This document shows, one piece after another, positions 1-9,788 of a stretch of 64,000 nt of DNA. The notes beneath the pieces were generated by a model, which had not been told where the DNA came from, searched no databases, and was given only the letters and a program-made list of their open reading frames with translations. Position numbers and translations under genes: made by a program. Source of the stretch: Candidatus Palauibacter sp. (GTDB lineage: Bacteria; Gemmatimonadota; Gemmatimonadetes; Palauibacterales; Palauibacteraceae); the NCBI RefSeq assembly GCF_965222475.1, contig NZ_CBDCUB010000001.1:810982-874981 (forward strand). Direction: 5' to 3'. The first letter of the stretch is position 1, and each line of letters starts with the position of its first letter.

Positions 1-326
1 GCGTTCTTCTCGAAGAGATCCGGCGACTGGCCGGGGCCCGGGTGCGCCTCACGGGTCGGCTTGTGCGGGCCGAACTTCCGGGCACGGCTCTCGAGGCCTC
101 GTCCTGGGAAATCCTCTCGGTAGACGGCGAGCGACCCCTGATCGGTCGACTGGAACGCGACGCGGACGGCTTTCGTCTCGTTCGGCCCCGCGGAGAAGTG
201 CATCGGCTCGGTTTCGTTTCGGGCGCGCTCGCCGACCGTTTGGGCGCGTTCATCTGGGTCGTAGTCGATGAGAGAGGAGGCGTCGTCCACTACGGAGTCG
301 TGCGGGATTCCGAGGTCGGGCCCTGA
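1..326 (+). CDS. 3' end of a gene that starts upstream of the window; product unknown
   Basis: The reading frame is open from nt 3 to the stop at 324-326. The table ORF at 42..326 is the same frame. No recognisable motifs. Confidence 0.3.
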   Translation, partial: VLLEEIRRLAGARVRLTGRLVRAELPGTALEASSWEILSVDGERPLIGRLERDADGFRLVRPRGEVHRLGFVSGALADRLGAFIWVVVDERGGVVHYGVVRDSEVGP

Positions 327-409
327 CCCGGACTTGGTGATCCCCTGACCCGACCCTAGCTTCCGCGTCCACCGACATCCGACAGCATCGTCCATCGACG
401 GGTAGGCCG

Positions 410-2353
410 ATGAACGACCCCCACATCTCCATCTCGCTCCCCGACGGCTCGCCGAAGGAACTGGCGTCCGGCGCCACCGCGGCGGACCTCGCCGCCGCCA
501 TCGGGCCCGGGTTGGCCCGCGCCGCCGTGGCCGCGCGCATCGATGGGCAGCTCTCGGATCTGTCGGCGCCGCTCCCCGACGGGGCGGAGGTGGCGATCGT
601 CACCCGTGACGACGGCGACCCCGACGCGCTCTACGTGCTCCGGCACTCCGCGGCGCACGCGTTGGCGACGGCCGTCCGCGAACTCTATCCGGGGGCGGGG
701 ATCGGCTTCGGCCCGCCCATCGACGACGGTTTCTACTATGACTTCGACGTCCCCGCGCCCTTCATGCCCAAGGATCTGGACAGGATAGAGCGTGCGATGG
801 CAGAAGTCGTCACGGCGGACGACCGGTTCGAGCGCCGCGAAGTAGGACGCGACGAAGCGCGGGAACTGTTCGCCGACGATCCCCTCAAGCTGGAGCGATT
901 GGCCGAGATCCCGGAGGATGAGGCGATCTCCGTCTATCGCAACGGCCCGTTCCTCGACCTCTGCCGGGGGCCGCACGCGCCGCGGACCGGCGAGATCCGG
1001 TACTTCAAGCTTCTCAGTGCGGCCGGAGCCTACTGGCGCGGCGACGAACGGCGGCGGATGCTGCAGCGCATCTACGGCACCGCCTTCTATTCGGGCAGCG
1101 CGCTCGATGCATTCATCACCCGCCGCGAAGAGGCGCGGAAGCGCGACCACCGGAAGCTGGGCCGCGAACTCGACCTGTTCTCGATTCAGGAGGATATCGG
1201 TCCGGGGCTCGTGTGCTGGCACCCGAAGGGCGCGCGCATACAGCAGGAACTGCGGCGCTGGATCGAGGACCTGCAGCAGTCGCGCGGCTACGATGTCGTG
1301 TACACGCCCCACCTCTCGAGCGAAGCGCTCTTCCGGCGCTCCGGACACCTGCCGAACTACGCGGAGAACATGTATCCCCGCATGGAGGGCGCCGAAGGCG
1401 AGGCGTTCCGCGTGAAGCCCATGAACTGTCCGGGGCACATCACGATCTACGCGGCGCGCCCGCGCAGCTACCGGGACCTCCCGGTCCGGCTGTCGGAGGT
1501 CGCGAACGTGTACCGATACGAGCGGTCGGGGACGCTGCACGGGCTGCTGCGCGTGCGCATGCTCACCATGGATGACGGGCACGTCTTCTGTACCCCGGAC
1601 CAGATCGAGGACGAGATCTTCATCTGTCTCGAACTGGTGGACACTGTGATGACGACCCTGGGCCTCGACTATCGGTTCGATCTTGCAACGCGTCCCCACG
1701 GGGAGAAGCGGATCGGCGGCGACGAGGTCTGGGATATGGCGGAGGCCGCGCTGCGCGAGGCGCTGGACAGGGCCGAACTGGAATATGAAGTGGACGAAGG
1801 CGGGGGCGCCTTCTATGGCCCGAAAATCGACATCAAATACCAGGATGCCATCGGGCGGGAATGGCAGGGAGCCACGATCCAGCTCGACTTCAACCTGCCC
1901 GACCGTTTCGACCTCGAGTACATGGGCCCGGACAACAAGCCGCACCGGCCCGTCATGATCCACCGCGCGATCTTCGGCACGCTGGAGCGCTTCACCGGCG
2001 TCCTCATCGAGCACTTCGCCGGCGCGTTTCCCCCCTGGCTCGCGCCGGTGCAGGTCCGCGTGATCCCGATCACGGACGTGCACGCACCCGCCGCGGCCGG
2101 GATCCGCGACCGGCTCGCCGCGCGGGGCCTGCGCGTCGAACTCGACGACCGCTCGGACACGCTCGGCTACCGCATCCGCGACGGAGAACTGCAGAAGATC
2201 CCCTACCTGCTCGTCGTCGGAGACCGCGAGATCGAGGCCGGCACGGTCGCCGTGCGCGCCCGCCGCGCGAGCCGGAAACAGGAGATCGTCTCCCTCGACG
2301 ACTTCATCCGCCGTATCTTCGACCGCGTCGCAACCCGCTCCCTCGAGGCGTGA
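410..2353 (+). CDS. thrS: Threonyl-tRNA synthetase
   Basis: 647 aa. N-terminal TGS-like region, then a class II aaRS core (HxxxH/CxxxH-like editing region, motif 2/3 context) and a C-terminal anticodon-binding domain. Typical ThrRS length. Position upstream of infC-rpmI-rplT is as in many bacteria. Confidence 0.93.
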   Translation: MNDPHISISLPDGSPKELASGATAADLAAAIGPGLARAAVAARIDGQLSDLSAPLPDGAEVAIVTRDDGDPDALYVLRHSAAHALATAVRELYPGAGIGFGPPIDDGFYYDFDVPAPFMPKDLDRIERAMAEVVTADDRFERREVGRDEARELFADDPLKLERLAEIPEDEAISVYRNGPFLDLCRGPHAPRTGEIRYFKLLSAAGAYWRGDERRRMLQRIYGTAFYSGSALDAFITRREEARKRDHRKLGRELDLFSIQEDIGPGLVCWHPKGARIQQELRRWIEDLQQSRGYDVVYTPHLSSEALFRRSGHLPNYAENMYPRMEGAEGEAFRVKPMNCPGHITIYAARPRSYRDLPVRLSEVANVYRYERSGTLHGLLRVRMLTMDDGHVFCTPDQIEDEIFICLELVDTVMTTLGLDYRFDLATRPHGEKRIGGDEVWDMAEAALREALDRAELEYEVDEGGGAFYGPKIDIKYQDAIGREWQGATIQLDFNLPDRFDLEYMGPDNKPHRPVMIHRAIFGTLERFTGVLIEHFAGAFPPWLAPVQVRVIPITDVHAPAAAGIRDRLAARGLRVELDDRSDTLGYRIRDGELQKIPYLLVVGDREIEAGTVAVRARRASRKQEIVSLDDFIRRIFDRVATRSLEA

Positions 2354-2521
2354 TCCGTCTCGGGCGGCGAGGGTTTCATTGACACCGGGGTGCCGGTGAG
2401 GCAGGTTGACGGGGTCGAAAAAAAACGGAAGCGGGGCCGCGATGCCCCCACCCTATCGGCGCACGGGATCGTGTTGCTGCCGGGTCAACGGCATACCCCC
2501 GCTGAGGGGCGTATCGTCGTG

Positions 2522-2554
2522 CCCGGTCGGCCGGCGCCGAACCGGGCTTTTTTT
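2522..2554 (+). terminator. Rho-independent terminator/attenuator hairpin in the thrS-infC leader
   Basis: CCCGGT-CGGC(cggc)GCCG-a-ACCGGG GC-rich stem followed by C plus 7 T. It ends only 10 nt before the infC GTG start (2565), so infC expression requires read-through. Confidence 0.5.
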
Positions 2555-2564
2555 ATGAGGTGAA

Positions 2565-3077
2565 GTGAACGGAGACCCACGAGTCAACGACAAAATCCGG
2601 ATCAGCCCGATCCGGCTCATCGACGAGAAGGGTGACCAGCTCGGAATCGTCGCCACGGACGAAGCCCGCGCGCTGGCGGCCGAGCGCGGACTGGACCTGG
2701 TGGAAGTAGCGCCCGCGGCGCGGCCGCCCGTCTGCCGGCTGATGGATTTCGGGAAGTACAAGTACGCGCAGGCGCGGAAGGCCCGGGAGGCGAAGAAGAA
2801 ACAGCACATCATCACCGTCAAGGAGGTGAAGCTGCGGCCGAAGATCGAGACGCACGACATCGACTTCAAGATGCGCCACGCGCGCAGGTTCCTGGGTGAT
2901 GGTGACAAGGTGAAGTTCACGCTCATGTTCCGCGGACGCGAGATCACGCACCCCGAGCGAGGGAGACGGATTCTCGACCGCGTGAAGCAGGAACTGCAGG
3001 ATATCGCGGTGGTGGAGTCGGACATCGCGCACGAAGGCCGTACGATGACCATGCTGATGGGGCCGCACCGGACCTAG
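2565..3077 (+). CDS. infC: Translation initiation factor IF-3
   Basis: 170 aa. Begins with GTG preceded by GAGG. Highly conserved IF-3 N- and C-domain sequence (…[14 protein letters not shown]…, …[17 protein letters not shown]…). Confidence 0.9.
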   Translation: MNGDPRVNDKIRISPIRLIDEKGDQLGIVATDEARALAAERGLDLVEVAPAARPPVCRLMDFGKYKYAQARKAREAKKKQHIITVKEVKLRPKIETHDIDFKMRHARRFLGDGDKVKFTLMFRGREITHPERGRRILDRVKQELQDIAVVESDIAHEGRTMTMLMGPHRT

Positions 3078-3144
3078 GCCGGCTCGCGGGAATCGGAGAT
3101 CGATCCTCCGTCGCCGGACGGAGGCCAGACGGAGTGGACGCCAT

Positions 3145-3339
3145 ATGCCGAAGATGAAGACGAACCGGTCCGCCGCGAAGCGGTTCCGAAAGACGGGGAG
3201 CGGCAAGTTCCGGCGCCAGCGTGCCTACCACAGCCACATCCTCACGAAGAAGAGCCCGAAGCGTAAGCGTCGGCTCCGCCAGGGGACGCTTGTGGCGAAG
3301 GCGGATGAGAAGCGGGTGAAGCGACTTCTGGGGACATAG
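3145..3339 (+). CDS. rpmI: 50S ribosomal protein L35
   Basis: 64 aa. [21 protein letters not shown]… is canonical L35. Confidence 0.9.
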   Translation: MPKMKTNRSAAKRFRKTGSGKFRRQRAYHSHILTKKSPKRKRRLRQGTLVAKADEKRVKRLLGT

Positions 3340-3442
3340 CAGTCCGTGGCGAAATCCCGCGTCGCTCGAATGCAGTCGGGGTTTCGCCACGGGCTGCTTT
3401 AGCCCGCCCCGACTTTCCAGCACAGTAGCAGGAGGTGCGGTC

Positions 3443-3799
3443 ATGCCACGCGTGACGAGCAGCGTTGCACGTAACCGTCGCAAGAAGAAGATACTCAAGG
3501 AAGCCCGCGGCCAGTTCGGGGCGCGGTCGAAGCTCTATCGTACGGCCAAGAATTCGGTCGAGCGCGGCTGGGCCTACGCCTACGTGGGCAGGCGCCGAAA
3601 GAAGCGCGATTTCCGACGCCTGTGGATCGCCCGCATCAATGCCGCGGCCCGGCAGCACGGCATCTCCTACTCGCGTTTCGTCAGCGGGCTCAGGACGGCC
3701 GGCGTGGATCTCAACCGCAAAGTGCTCGCGGACCTGGCCATTCGGGACCCGGTCGCCTTTACCAAGCTTGTCGAGGTGGCCAAAGCCAACGCCCCATGA
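3443..3799 (+). CDS. rplT: 50S ribosomal protein L20
   Basis: 118 aa. [23 protein letters not shown]… is canonical L20. Its stop overlaps the pheS start (ATGA). Confidence 0.9.
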   Translation: MPRVTSSVARNRRKKKILKEARGQFGARSKLYRTAKNSVERGWAYAYVGRRRKKRDFRRLWIARINAAARQHGISYSRFVSGLRTAGVDLNRKVLADLAIRDPVAFTKLVEVAKANAP

Positions 3800-4830
3800 C
3801 CCCGGCCGGAGCGTCTCTCCTCGATCGGCTCGCCGGGATCGGGGCGGAGGGGCACGCCGCGATCGGGGAGGCGAGTGACGCTGCCGCTCTCGAGTCGGCC
3901 CGGGTGGAATACCTCGGTCGGAACGGGCAGTTGGCCCGGGTGATGTCCTCCATCGGGACGGTCGAGCCGGCGGCCCGGCGGGAGGTCGGGCAACGCGCCA
4001 ATGCCGTGAAGACGTCGCTGAGCGAGGCGCTCGAGCGGCAGGACCGGCATTTGGCCGCAGCGGCTCGCGCTCCGAGCGGCGGCGTCGACCTCACGCTGCC
4101 CGCGCGCGGGCGTTGGGTCGGCGGCGTCCATCCCGTGACCCGCGTGATCGACGAGATCTGCGACATCTTCGCGGAACTCGGCTTCACGCGCGTGCTCGGA
4201 CCGGAGGTCGAGTCGACGTGGTACAACTTCACCGCGCTCAACATCCCGCTCGATCACCCCGCCGCGGACATGATGGACACGTTCTACCTGGACGACGACA
4301 CCGTGCTGCGTACCCATACGTCGCCCGTCCAGGCGCGCGTCATGGAAGCGTTCGCGCCGCCCGTGCGCGTCGTCGTCCCGGGACTCGCGTACCGGCGGGA
4401 TTCGTTCGACCCTTCGCACGCCCCGGCGTTCGAACAGATCGAGGGTCTCGCGGTCGATGAGGGCGTGGACTTCGTCGAGTTCCGCGCCGCGATCCAGCAC
4501 TTCGTGCGTCACTTCTTCGGCGCCGGGACGAAGAGCCGGTTTCGGCCTTCGTTCTATCCGTTCACGGAACCCTCCGCCGAGGTGGACGTGTCGTGCGCGG
4601 TGTGCCGGGGGAGCGGCTGCCCGACCTGCAAGCGCACCGGCTGGATCACGATCATGGGCAGCGGGATGGTGGATCCCGCCGTGTTCGAGGCCGTCGGCTA
4701 CGATCCGGAGCGCTACACCGGCTACGCCTTCGGCATGGGGCCGGCGCGGATCGCCATGGTCCGGCACGGCATTCCCGACATGCGGCTTCTCTACGAGGGG
4801 GAGATGAGTTTCCTGAGGCAGTTCGTATGA
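3796..4830 (+). CDS. pheS: Phenylalanyl-tRNA synthetase alpha subunit
   Basis: The table ORF starts at 3622, inside rplT. The plausible start is ATG 3796 ([12 protein letters not shown]…), a 4-nt overlap with the rplT stop. Class II core motifs and the C-terminal Zn/ATP region (…[17 protein letters not shown]…) are present. Confidence 0.88.
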   Translation: MTPAGASLLDRLAGIGAEGHAAIGEASDAAALESARVEYLGRNGQLARVMSSIGTVEPAARREVGQRANAVKTSLSEALERQDRHLAAAARAPSGGVDLTLPARGRWVGGVHPVTRVIDEICDIFAELGFTRVLGPEVESTWYNFTALNIPLDHPAADMMDTFYLDDDTVLRTHTSPVQARVMEAFAPPVRVVVPGLAYRRDSFDPSHAPAFEQIEGLAVDEGVDFVEFRAAIQHFVRHFFGAGTKSRFRPSFYPFTEPSAEVDVSCAVCRGSGCPTCKRTGWITIMGSGMVDPAVFEAVGYDPERYTGYAFGMGPARIAMVRHGIPDMRLLYEGEMSFLRQFV

Positions 4831-7307
4831 ACATCTCCTTCAACTGGATCCATGAGTTGGCGGGGTTGCGCGGCGAGCTGCGGGATCCGCGGGTCCTCGC
4901 CGAGCACCTGACCATGACCGCGGCCGCCGTGGGGAAGATCGAAACCGTTGGACAGCGGCTCGACGGCATCGTGGCGGCGCGCGTGCTGGAGCTGGCGGCG
5001 CATCCGAACGCGGACCGGCTCACGCTGTGCAGGGTGGACCGGGGCGGCGGCGAGGTGCTCGATGTCGTTTGCGGAGCACCCGTCATCGAGCGGGGCGGGC
5101 TCTACGCCCACGTGGCGCCCGGAGGCCGGCTCCCCGGCGGATTCCGGATCGAGAGTCTGAAAATCCGCGGCGAGTTGAGCCACGGGATGCTCTGCTCCGA
5201 GGCCGAACTCGAACTCGGCCGCGACAAGGGGGGAATCATGCGGCTCGGCGACGACCTCGAGCCGGGGGTCTCTCTCGCCGGAGCCCTCGGCCTCCCGGAC
5301 ACCCGCCTGACGCTCGACCTGAATCCGAACCGCGTGGATCTCGCCTGCCACATGGGCGTCGCGCGGGAATTGTCCGGAGCGCTGGCGCCGCGCGACTTCG
5401 GCGGAACGCGCTGGACCCCCGAATGGCGCGACGGAGACGCGGAGGCGGAGGGCGCCGGGGTGAGGGTCCGCATCGAGGCACCGGAGCGCTGCTCGCGCTA
5501 CATGGCCGCCGTCGTGCGCGGCGTGAGGGTGGGTCCCTCGCCCGCGTGGCTCGCGGGCCGTCTCCTGGCGGCGGGCGCACGCCCGATCAGCAACGTCGTC
5601 GATGCCACGAACTACGTCCTCCTCGAACGCAACCAGCCGCTGCACGCCTTCGACCTCGCGCGGCTGGCGGGGGCCGAGATCCGCGTCCGCGCGGCCGTGG
5701 CGGGCGAGCCGCTGACGACGCTCGACGGCGAGGAGCACGAACTGGCGCCGGACCAGACGGTCATCGCCGACCGGGATCGCGCGGTCGCTTTCGCCGGCGT
5801 GATGGGCGGGCTCGACACCGAGGTCACCGCGGACACGGTGGACCTGCTGATCGAGTGCGCCGCCTTCGATCCCGCGGGGGTACGGAAGACCCGCTCGGGC
5901 GCCGGGCTGTCCACCGACGCGTCCTACCGCTTCGAGCGGGGGATCGACGTCCACGCGCAGGAGCAGGCGCTCATTCGCTGCGTCGAGTTGATCCTCGCCG
6001 CGGCCGGCGGCGAGGCGGACGCGATCGGGCTCCGGGTGGGGCCCCGCCCGTCGTCCGCGGCACCCATCGAGTTGCGGGTCGGGCGTGTGGACCAGGTGCT
6101 GGGGTTCCGGCTCACCGGCGCTGACATTCTCGACGCGCTGCGGCCGATCGGCTTCGAACCCCTCCCGCCGGCCGAGTCCGGCGGCGACGGAGACCGCGTA
6201 CAGGATCGTGTGCGGGTCTCCGTGCCCGGCTGGCGTACGGATGTGGAACGGGAGATCGATCTCGTGGAGGAAGTGGCGCGCCGGGTCGGGTACGATGCCG
6301 CCTCCGGGCAGGATCGCAGATTCAGGCCCAGCGCGGTGCCCGAAGACCCCCGGGTCGCGAAGGAGGCCCGGGCGCGGAGGATGCTCACCCGGCGCGGACT
6401 GCTCGAAGCCCGCAGCCTGAGCTTCATGCCGCAGGATTTCCGCGGCAACCGGGCGATCGTCGCGGTGCCGAACCCTCTATCCGCCGAGGAGAGCTGTCTG
6501 CGTTCCGCCCTCGTGCCGGTGCTCCTGCGGCGCCTGGAGCACAACTACGCGCGCGGCAATCGAGACGTGCGCCTGTTCGAACTGGGTACCGTATTCGGTT
6601 ACGCCGGGGGGAACGGGCCGTCCGGCGAGACGGGCCGAACCTTCGGGGAGGCGGGGCGCGTGGGCGCGCTGATCACGGGTGCGCGGCGGCCGGATCACTG
6701 GTCCGGAGCGAGTCTCGACTTCGATCTCTGGGATCTCAAGGAGATCGCGGACGTGCTCGCCCACCGGTGCGGGGCCGAACTGGAACCTTCGCCGGGCGTT
6801 GCGGAGGGGGCCGCCGCCGTCCCGGGACCGCCGCTGGCCGGGCCCTGGCTCGCGGACGGCGGGTTCCGGGCCGTCAGGGACGGTCGCGTGATCGGGGTGG
6901 CGGGAGCCGTGCACGCCGCGTGCATCGACGCGCCGCCGTGGGCGGCCCCCGCCTTCGCGCTCGAGTTCGATCTGGACGCCGTGGAGGGACGCGCCGTTCC
7001 CCGGTACCGCCGGACATCATCCTTCCCCGCAGTGCGCCGGGACCTCTCGATGACGGTGCCTCGGGGCGTGGCCGCGGCCGCCATCGAACGAACGGTACGC
7101 GAACACACATCGGATCTGTTGCGCGAGGTCCGCCTCTTCGACGTCTATTCCGGTGACGAGATCGAGGGCGGTCGTCTCGGGCTGGCCTGGACGTTCCGCT
7201 TCCGTGCCCCAGATCGCACGCTGACCGATCAGGACGTAGAGTCGGAGATGTCCGCGCTCTCAGCTGCCCTGGAGGAACGAGTCGATGCCAGAATCCGCCG
7301 GTCCTGA
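4827..7307 (+). CDS. pheT: Phenylalanyl-tRNA synthetase beta subunit
   Basis: The real start is ATG 4827 ([13 protein letters not shown]…), an ATGA overlap with the pheS stop. It contains tRNA-binding, B3/B4, B5 and FDX-ACB-like regions. The table ORF is extended upstream to 4593. Confidence 0.9.
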   Translation: MNISFNWIHELAGLRGELRDPRVLAEHLTMTAAAVGKIETVGQRLDGIVAARVLELAAHPNADRLTLCRVDRGGGEVLDVVCGAPVIERGGLYAHVAPGGRLPGGFRIESLKIRGELSHGMLCSEAELELGRDKGGIMRLGDDLEPGVSLAGALGLPDTRLTLDLNPNRVDLACHMGVARELSGALAPRDFGGTRWTPEWRDGDAEAEGAGVRVRIEAPERCSRYMAAVVRGVRVGPSPAWLAGRLLAAGARPISNVVDATNYVLLERNQPLHAFDLARLAGAEIRVRAAVAGEPLTTLDGEEHELAPDQTVIADRDRAVAFAGVMGGLDTEVTADTVDLLIECAAFDPAGVRKTRSGAGLSTDASYRFERGIDVHAQEQALIRCVELILAAAGGEADAIGLRVGPRPSSAAPIELRVGRVDQVLGFRLTGADILDALRPIGFEPLPPAESGGDGDRVQDRVRVSVPGWRTDVEREIDLVEEVARRVGYDAASGQDRRFRPSAVPEDPRVAKEARARRMLTRRGLLEARSLSFMPQDFRGNRAIVAVPNPLSAEESCLRSALVPVLLRRLEHNYARGNRDVRLFELGTVFGYAGGNGPSGETGRTFGEAGRVGALITGARRPDHWSGASLDFDLWDLKEIADVLAHRCGAELEPSPGVAEGAAAVPGPPLAGPWLADGGFRAVRDGRVIGVAGAVHAACIDAPPWAAPAFALEFDLDAVEGRAVPRYRRTSSFPAVRRDLSMTVPRGVAAAAIERTVREHTSDLLREVRLFDVYSGDEIEGGRLGLAWTFRFRAPDRTLTDQDVESEMSALSAALEERVDARIRRS

Positions 7308-7548
7308 ACGTCGCCGGGAGGTCGAGAGGGTGCTCGAGCGCCTGTCCCGAGCCGTGGACGCGGTCGGAGAGCACGTCGAGGGCCTCCTGCGGGGCGCGCC
7401 CCGGAGCGCGGAACCGGACGGCGGGTTCGAGGAGCGTCTCGGCGCGCTCGAAGACGAGAACCGGCAGCTTCACGAGACGCTGGTGCGCGCGAAACGGAAA
7501 GCCGAGCGCCTGCGCACCCGGCTCGCGCTCGTGGAGGATGAGGTATGA
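7285..7548 (+). CDS. Small coiled-coil protein, possibly a ZapB-like cell-division partner of ZapA
   Basis: 87 aa with heptad-rich composition (…LEDENRQLHETLVRAKRKAERLRTRLALVEDEV). Its stop overlaps the zapA start (ATGA). The assignment rests on context only. Confidence 0.35.
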   Translation: MPESAGPERRREVERVLERLSRAVDAVGEHVEGLLRGAPRSAEPDGGFEERLGALEDENRQLHETLVRAKRKAERLRTRLALVEDEV

Positions 7549-7901
7549 GTGCCGCACGAGGAGCGTCGCCGGTGCGCGTGATGATCTTCGGCGAAGAATA
7601 CCAGATCCGCACCAACCGCCCGGAGTCGCATACCCGGGCCTGCGCGAGATACGTGGACGACGCAATCCAGCGGGCTCACGTCCGGGGGGTCGCGGAGCCG
7701 CACCGCGCCGCCATTCTCGCGGCGCTCCAGATCACCGATGAGCTGCTCGAGGAGCGCCGTGATGCGGAAGCGCTGGCGCAGGCGGTCGAGGTTCGGCTCG
7801 TCGAACTGGCCGAACGCCTCGAGGCGCTGGTCGGGGCGGGCGCCGCGGCTGAGGCCACGCCCCGCGAGGCCCCCGAGGTCCCGGAGGCCGACCCGGCCTG
7901 A
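7545..7901 (+). CDS. zapA: Cell division protein ZapA
   Basis: 118 aa. VRVMIFGEEYQIRTN…AAILAALQITDELLEE matches the ZapA V-x-I-x-G-x-x-Y and LAAL…DEL pattern. The pheT-…-zapA neighbourhood is as in Bacillus. Confidence 0.7.
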   Translation: MSAARGASPVRVMIFGEEYQIRTNRPESHTRACARYVDDAIQRAHVRGVAEPHRAAILAALQITDELLEERRDAEALAQAVEVRLVELAERLEALVGAGAAAEATPREAPEVPEADPA

Positions 7902-8096
7902 AGGCCGCCCGCGCGCCTTGCGGCGTCCAGATTCGAACGCGACGTTTCGTTACGGAAGCAAGTCGGTGTCGTGCTGTCCGTAAAGGCGGCGTCGCGTGAG
8001 CGTCGCGGCATCTCGAGATAGATGGTCGAACGGAACGAAGGCATCCGTTCGACCTGAGCGGCATGCACCGGTGGACATGTTCCGCCGGTTTTTTTT
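7902..8096 (+). ncRNA. Structured intergenic RNA candidate, possibly 6S RNA (ssrS-like), ending in an intrinsic terminator
   Basis: ~195-nt non-coding gap directly downstream of zapA, which is where ssrS sits in E. coli and relatives. The 5' TCGAACG (7933-7939) can pair with the 3' CGTTCGA (8048-8054), forming a closing stem around a central region. It ends in a terminator hairpin. Confidence 0.3.
8068..8096 (+). terminator. Rho-independent terminator
   Basis: CCGGTGG-acatgtt-CCGCCGG, a 7-bp stem with one G·U pair, followed by 8 T (8089-8096). Confidence 0.6.
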
Positions 8097-8129
8097 GTTC
8101 ATAGATCGATCGAGGATTGGAGTCTGGCT

Positions 8130-9701
8130 GTGCTGGAATCCATGAACGTGCCGGCCATCCTGCTGGCGATCGCGGGTCTCCTGGCGGGGGGCATCGCGGG
8201 GATTCTGATAGAGCGCCGGGGTCTGCGCCGGACACGCAGCCGGATGGAGACGGAGGGGCGCGGCATCATCGAGTCCGCTCGCCTCGAAGCGCAGAGCGTG
8301 CGCAAGGCCGCGGAACTGGAGGGAAGGGAGGAGGCGCAGCAGCTGCGCGAAGCGTGGGCGAGCGAGGCCGAGCGGCGCCGGTCCGAGCTCGAGCGGCTGG
8401 AGAAACGGACGGTTGAGCGCAGCGAGACCCTCGAGCGCAAGCTGGAGATTCTCGACCAGCGCCAGGAACGCCTCGATCAGCGTCGTGACGCGGTGGACCG
8501 GGAGCGGTCGGAACTCGAGGCCACGGCGGATCGGCTCGACGAGCGCGAGCGCATCGTCGGCCGCCGGCTGGAGGAGATCGCGGGGCTCGATCGGGAATCG
8601 GCTCGCCGCGAACTCATGGGCCAGATTCGGGACGAGGCGCGTGCGGACGCCGCGCAGCACGTGCGCGAGGTGCGCGAGCGCGCCCGAAGCGAAGCCGAAC
8701 GCGAGGCCCGCAAGATCATCTCCCAGGCCATCGAGAAACTCTCGGTGGATCACTCCTCCGAAGCCGCCGTGTCCGTCGTCACGCTGCCCAGCGATGACAT
8801 GAAGGGCAGGATCATCGGGCGCGAAGGTCGCAATATTCGATCGTTCGAGGCCGCGACCGGGGTCGACGTGGTCGTGGACGACACCCCCGAGGCGGTCATC
8901 CTCTCCTGTTTCGATCCGGTTCGACGCGAGGTGGCCCGCCTCGCCATGGACCGGCTGATCGGCGACGGACGGATCCACCCGGGGCGGATCGAGGAGGTGG
9001 TCGAGAAGGCGAAGGACGACGTCCGGAAGACGATGCGCCAGGCCGCGGACGAAACGCTCTACGAGCTGGGGATCCACGATCTGCACCCTAAGCTCCACGA
9101 GGTGCTCGGAGTGCTGCGCTTCCGGACGAGCTATGGGCAGAACCAACTCGCGCACGCGCGCGAGGTCGCGCTGATCGGCGCCACCATGGCGGCGGAGCTG
9201 TCGCTCGATGCCCGGATCGTGAAGCGGATGGGGCTGCTGCACGACATCGGGAAGGGCCTCACGCACGAGAAGGAGGGAAGTCACGTCGAGATCGGTTACG
9301 ATCTCTGCAAGAAGTGCGGAGAGAAGGATCCGGTCCTGAACGCGATCCGCGCCCACCACGGCGAGGAGCCCGCCCGCTATCCGGAAACGTTCCTCGTGAC
9401 CGCGGCGGATGCGATCTCGGGCGCGCGCCCCGGCGCCCGGCGCGAGTCGTTCGAGCACTATGTGAAGCGTCTCGAGAAGTTGGAGGCGATCGCGAGTTCG
9501 TGGGACGGTGTGGAGAAGGTGTACGCGATCCAGGCGGGACGGGAGATCCGCATCATGGTGACGCCGGACAAGATCTCCGACGAGGAGATGGCGGTCCTGT
9601 CGGAACAGACGGCACGCCGGATCGAGAACGAACTGCAGTATCCGGGGCAGATCAAGGTGGTCGTCGTGCGCGAGTCGCGTACGGTGGACTTCGCACGCTG
9701 A
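8130..9701 (+). CDS. rny: Ribonuclease Y
   Basis: 523 aa with an N-terminal TM helix, a long coiled coil, a KH domain (…GRIIGREGRNIRSFEAATGVDV…) and an HD domain (…LLHDIGK…H…). GTG start at 8130 with GGAG 7 nt upstream. Confidence 0.92.
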   Translation: MLESMNVPAILLAIAGLLAGGIAGILIERRGLRRTRSRMETEGRGIIESARLEAQSVRKAAELEGREEAQQLREAWASEAERRRSELERLEKRTVERSETLERKLEILDQRQERLDQRRDAVDRERSELEATADRLDERERIVGRRLEEIAGLDRESARRELMGQIRDEARADAAQHVREVRERARSEAEREARKIISQAIEKLSVDHSSEAAVSVVTLPSDDMKGRIIGREGRNIRSFEAATGVDVVVDDTPEAVILSCFDPVRREVARLAMDRLIGDGRIHPGRIEEVVEKAKDDVRKTMRQAADETLYELGIHDLHPKLHEVLGVLRFRTSYGQNQLAHAREVALIGATMAAELSLDARIVKRMGLLHDIGKGLTHEKEGSHVEIGYDLCKKCGEKDPVLNAIRAHHGEEPARYPETFLVTAADAISGARPGARRESFEHYVKRLEKLEAIASSWDGVEKVYAIQAGREIRIMVTPDKISDEEMAVLSEQTARRIENELQYPGQIKVVVVRESRTVDFAR

Positions 9702-9788
9702 ATCCTCACGCTCAGGCACAGGAGGCCGGCTCCCGAAAAGCGGAGCCAGGCCCGCGGCAACGCTCAAAGAGGGAGAAACGGGGAATAG

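Noticed and set aside
356-2083. 575-aa ORF on the minus strand opposite thrS
   Set aside because: Arg/Pro/Gly-rich shadow ORF, typical of antisense frames in 70% GC DNA. The opposite strand encodes a clear ThrRS.
3622-3795. Upstream extension of the pheS ORF (and likewise 4593 for pheT, 11128 for xseB, 11709 for ispA, 17517 for chaA, 22907 for DmpA, 54759 for pepA)
   Set aside because: The extensions overlap the preceding gene or a tRNA. The conserved N-termini, SD sequences and 4-nt stop/start overlaps all point to the downstream starts given in the features.
7738-7983. 81-aa ORF in the zapA-rny gap
   Set aside because: Arg/Ser/Pro-rich with no SD. The region is better explained as a structured non-coding RNA with a terminator.
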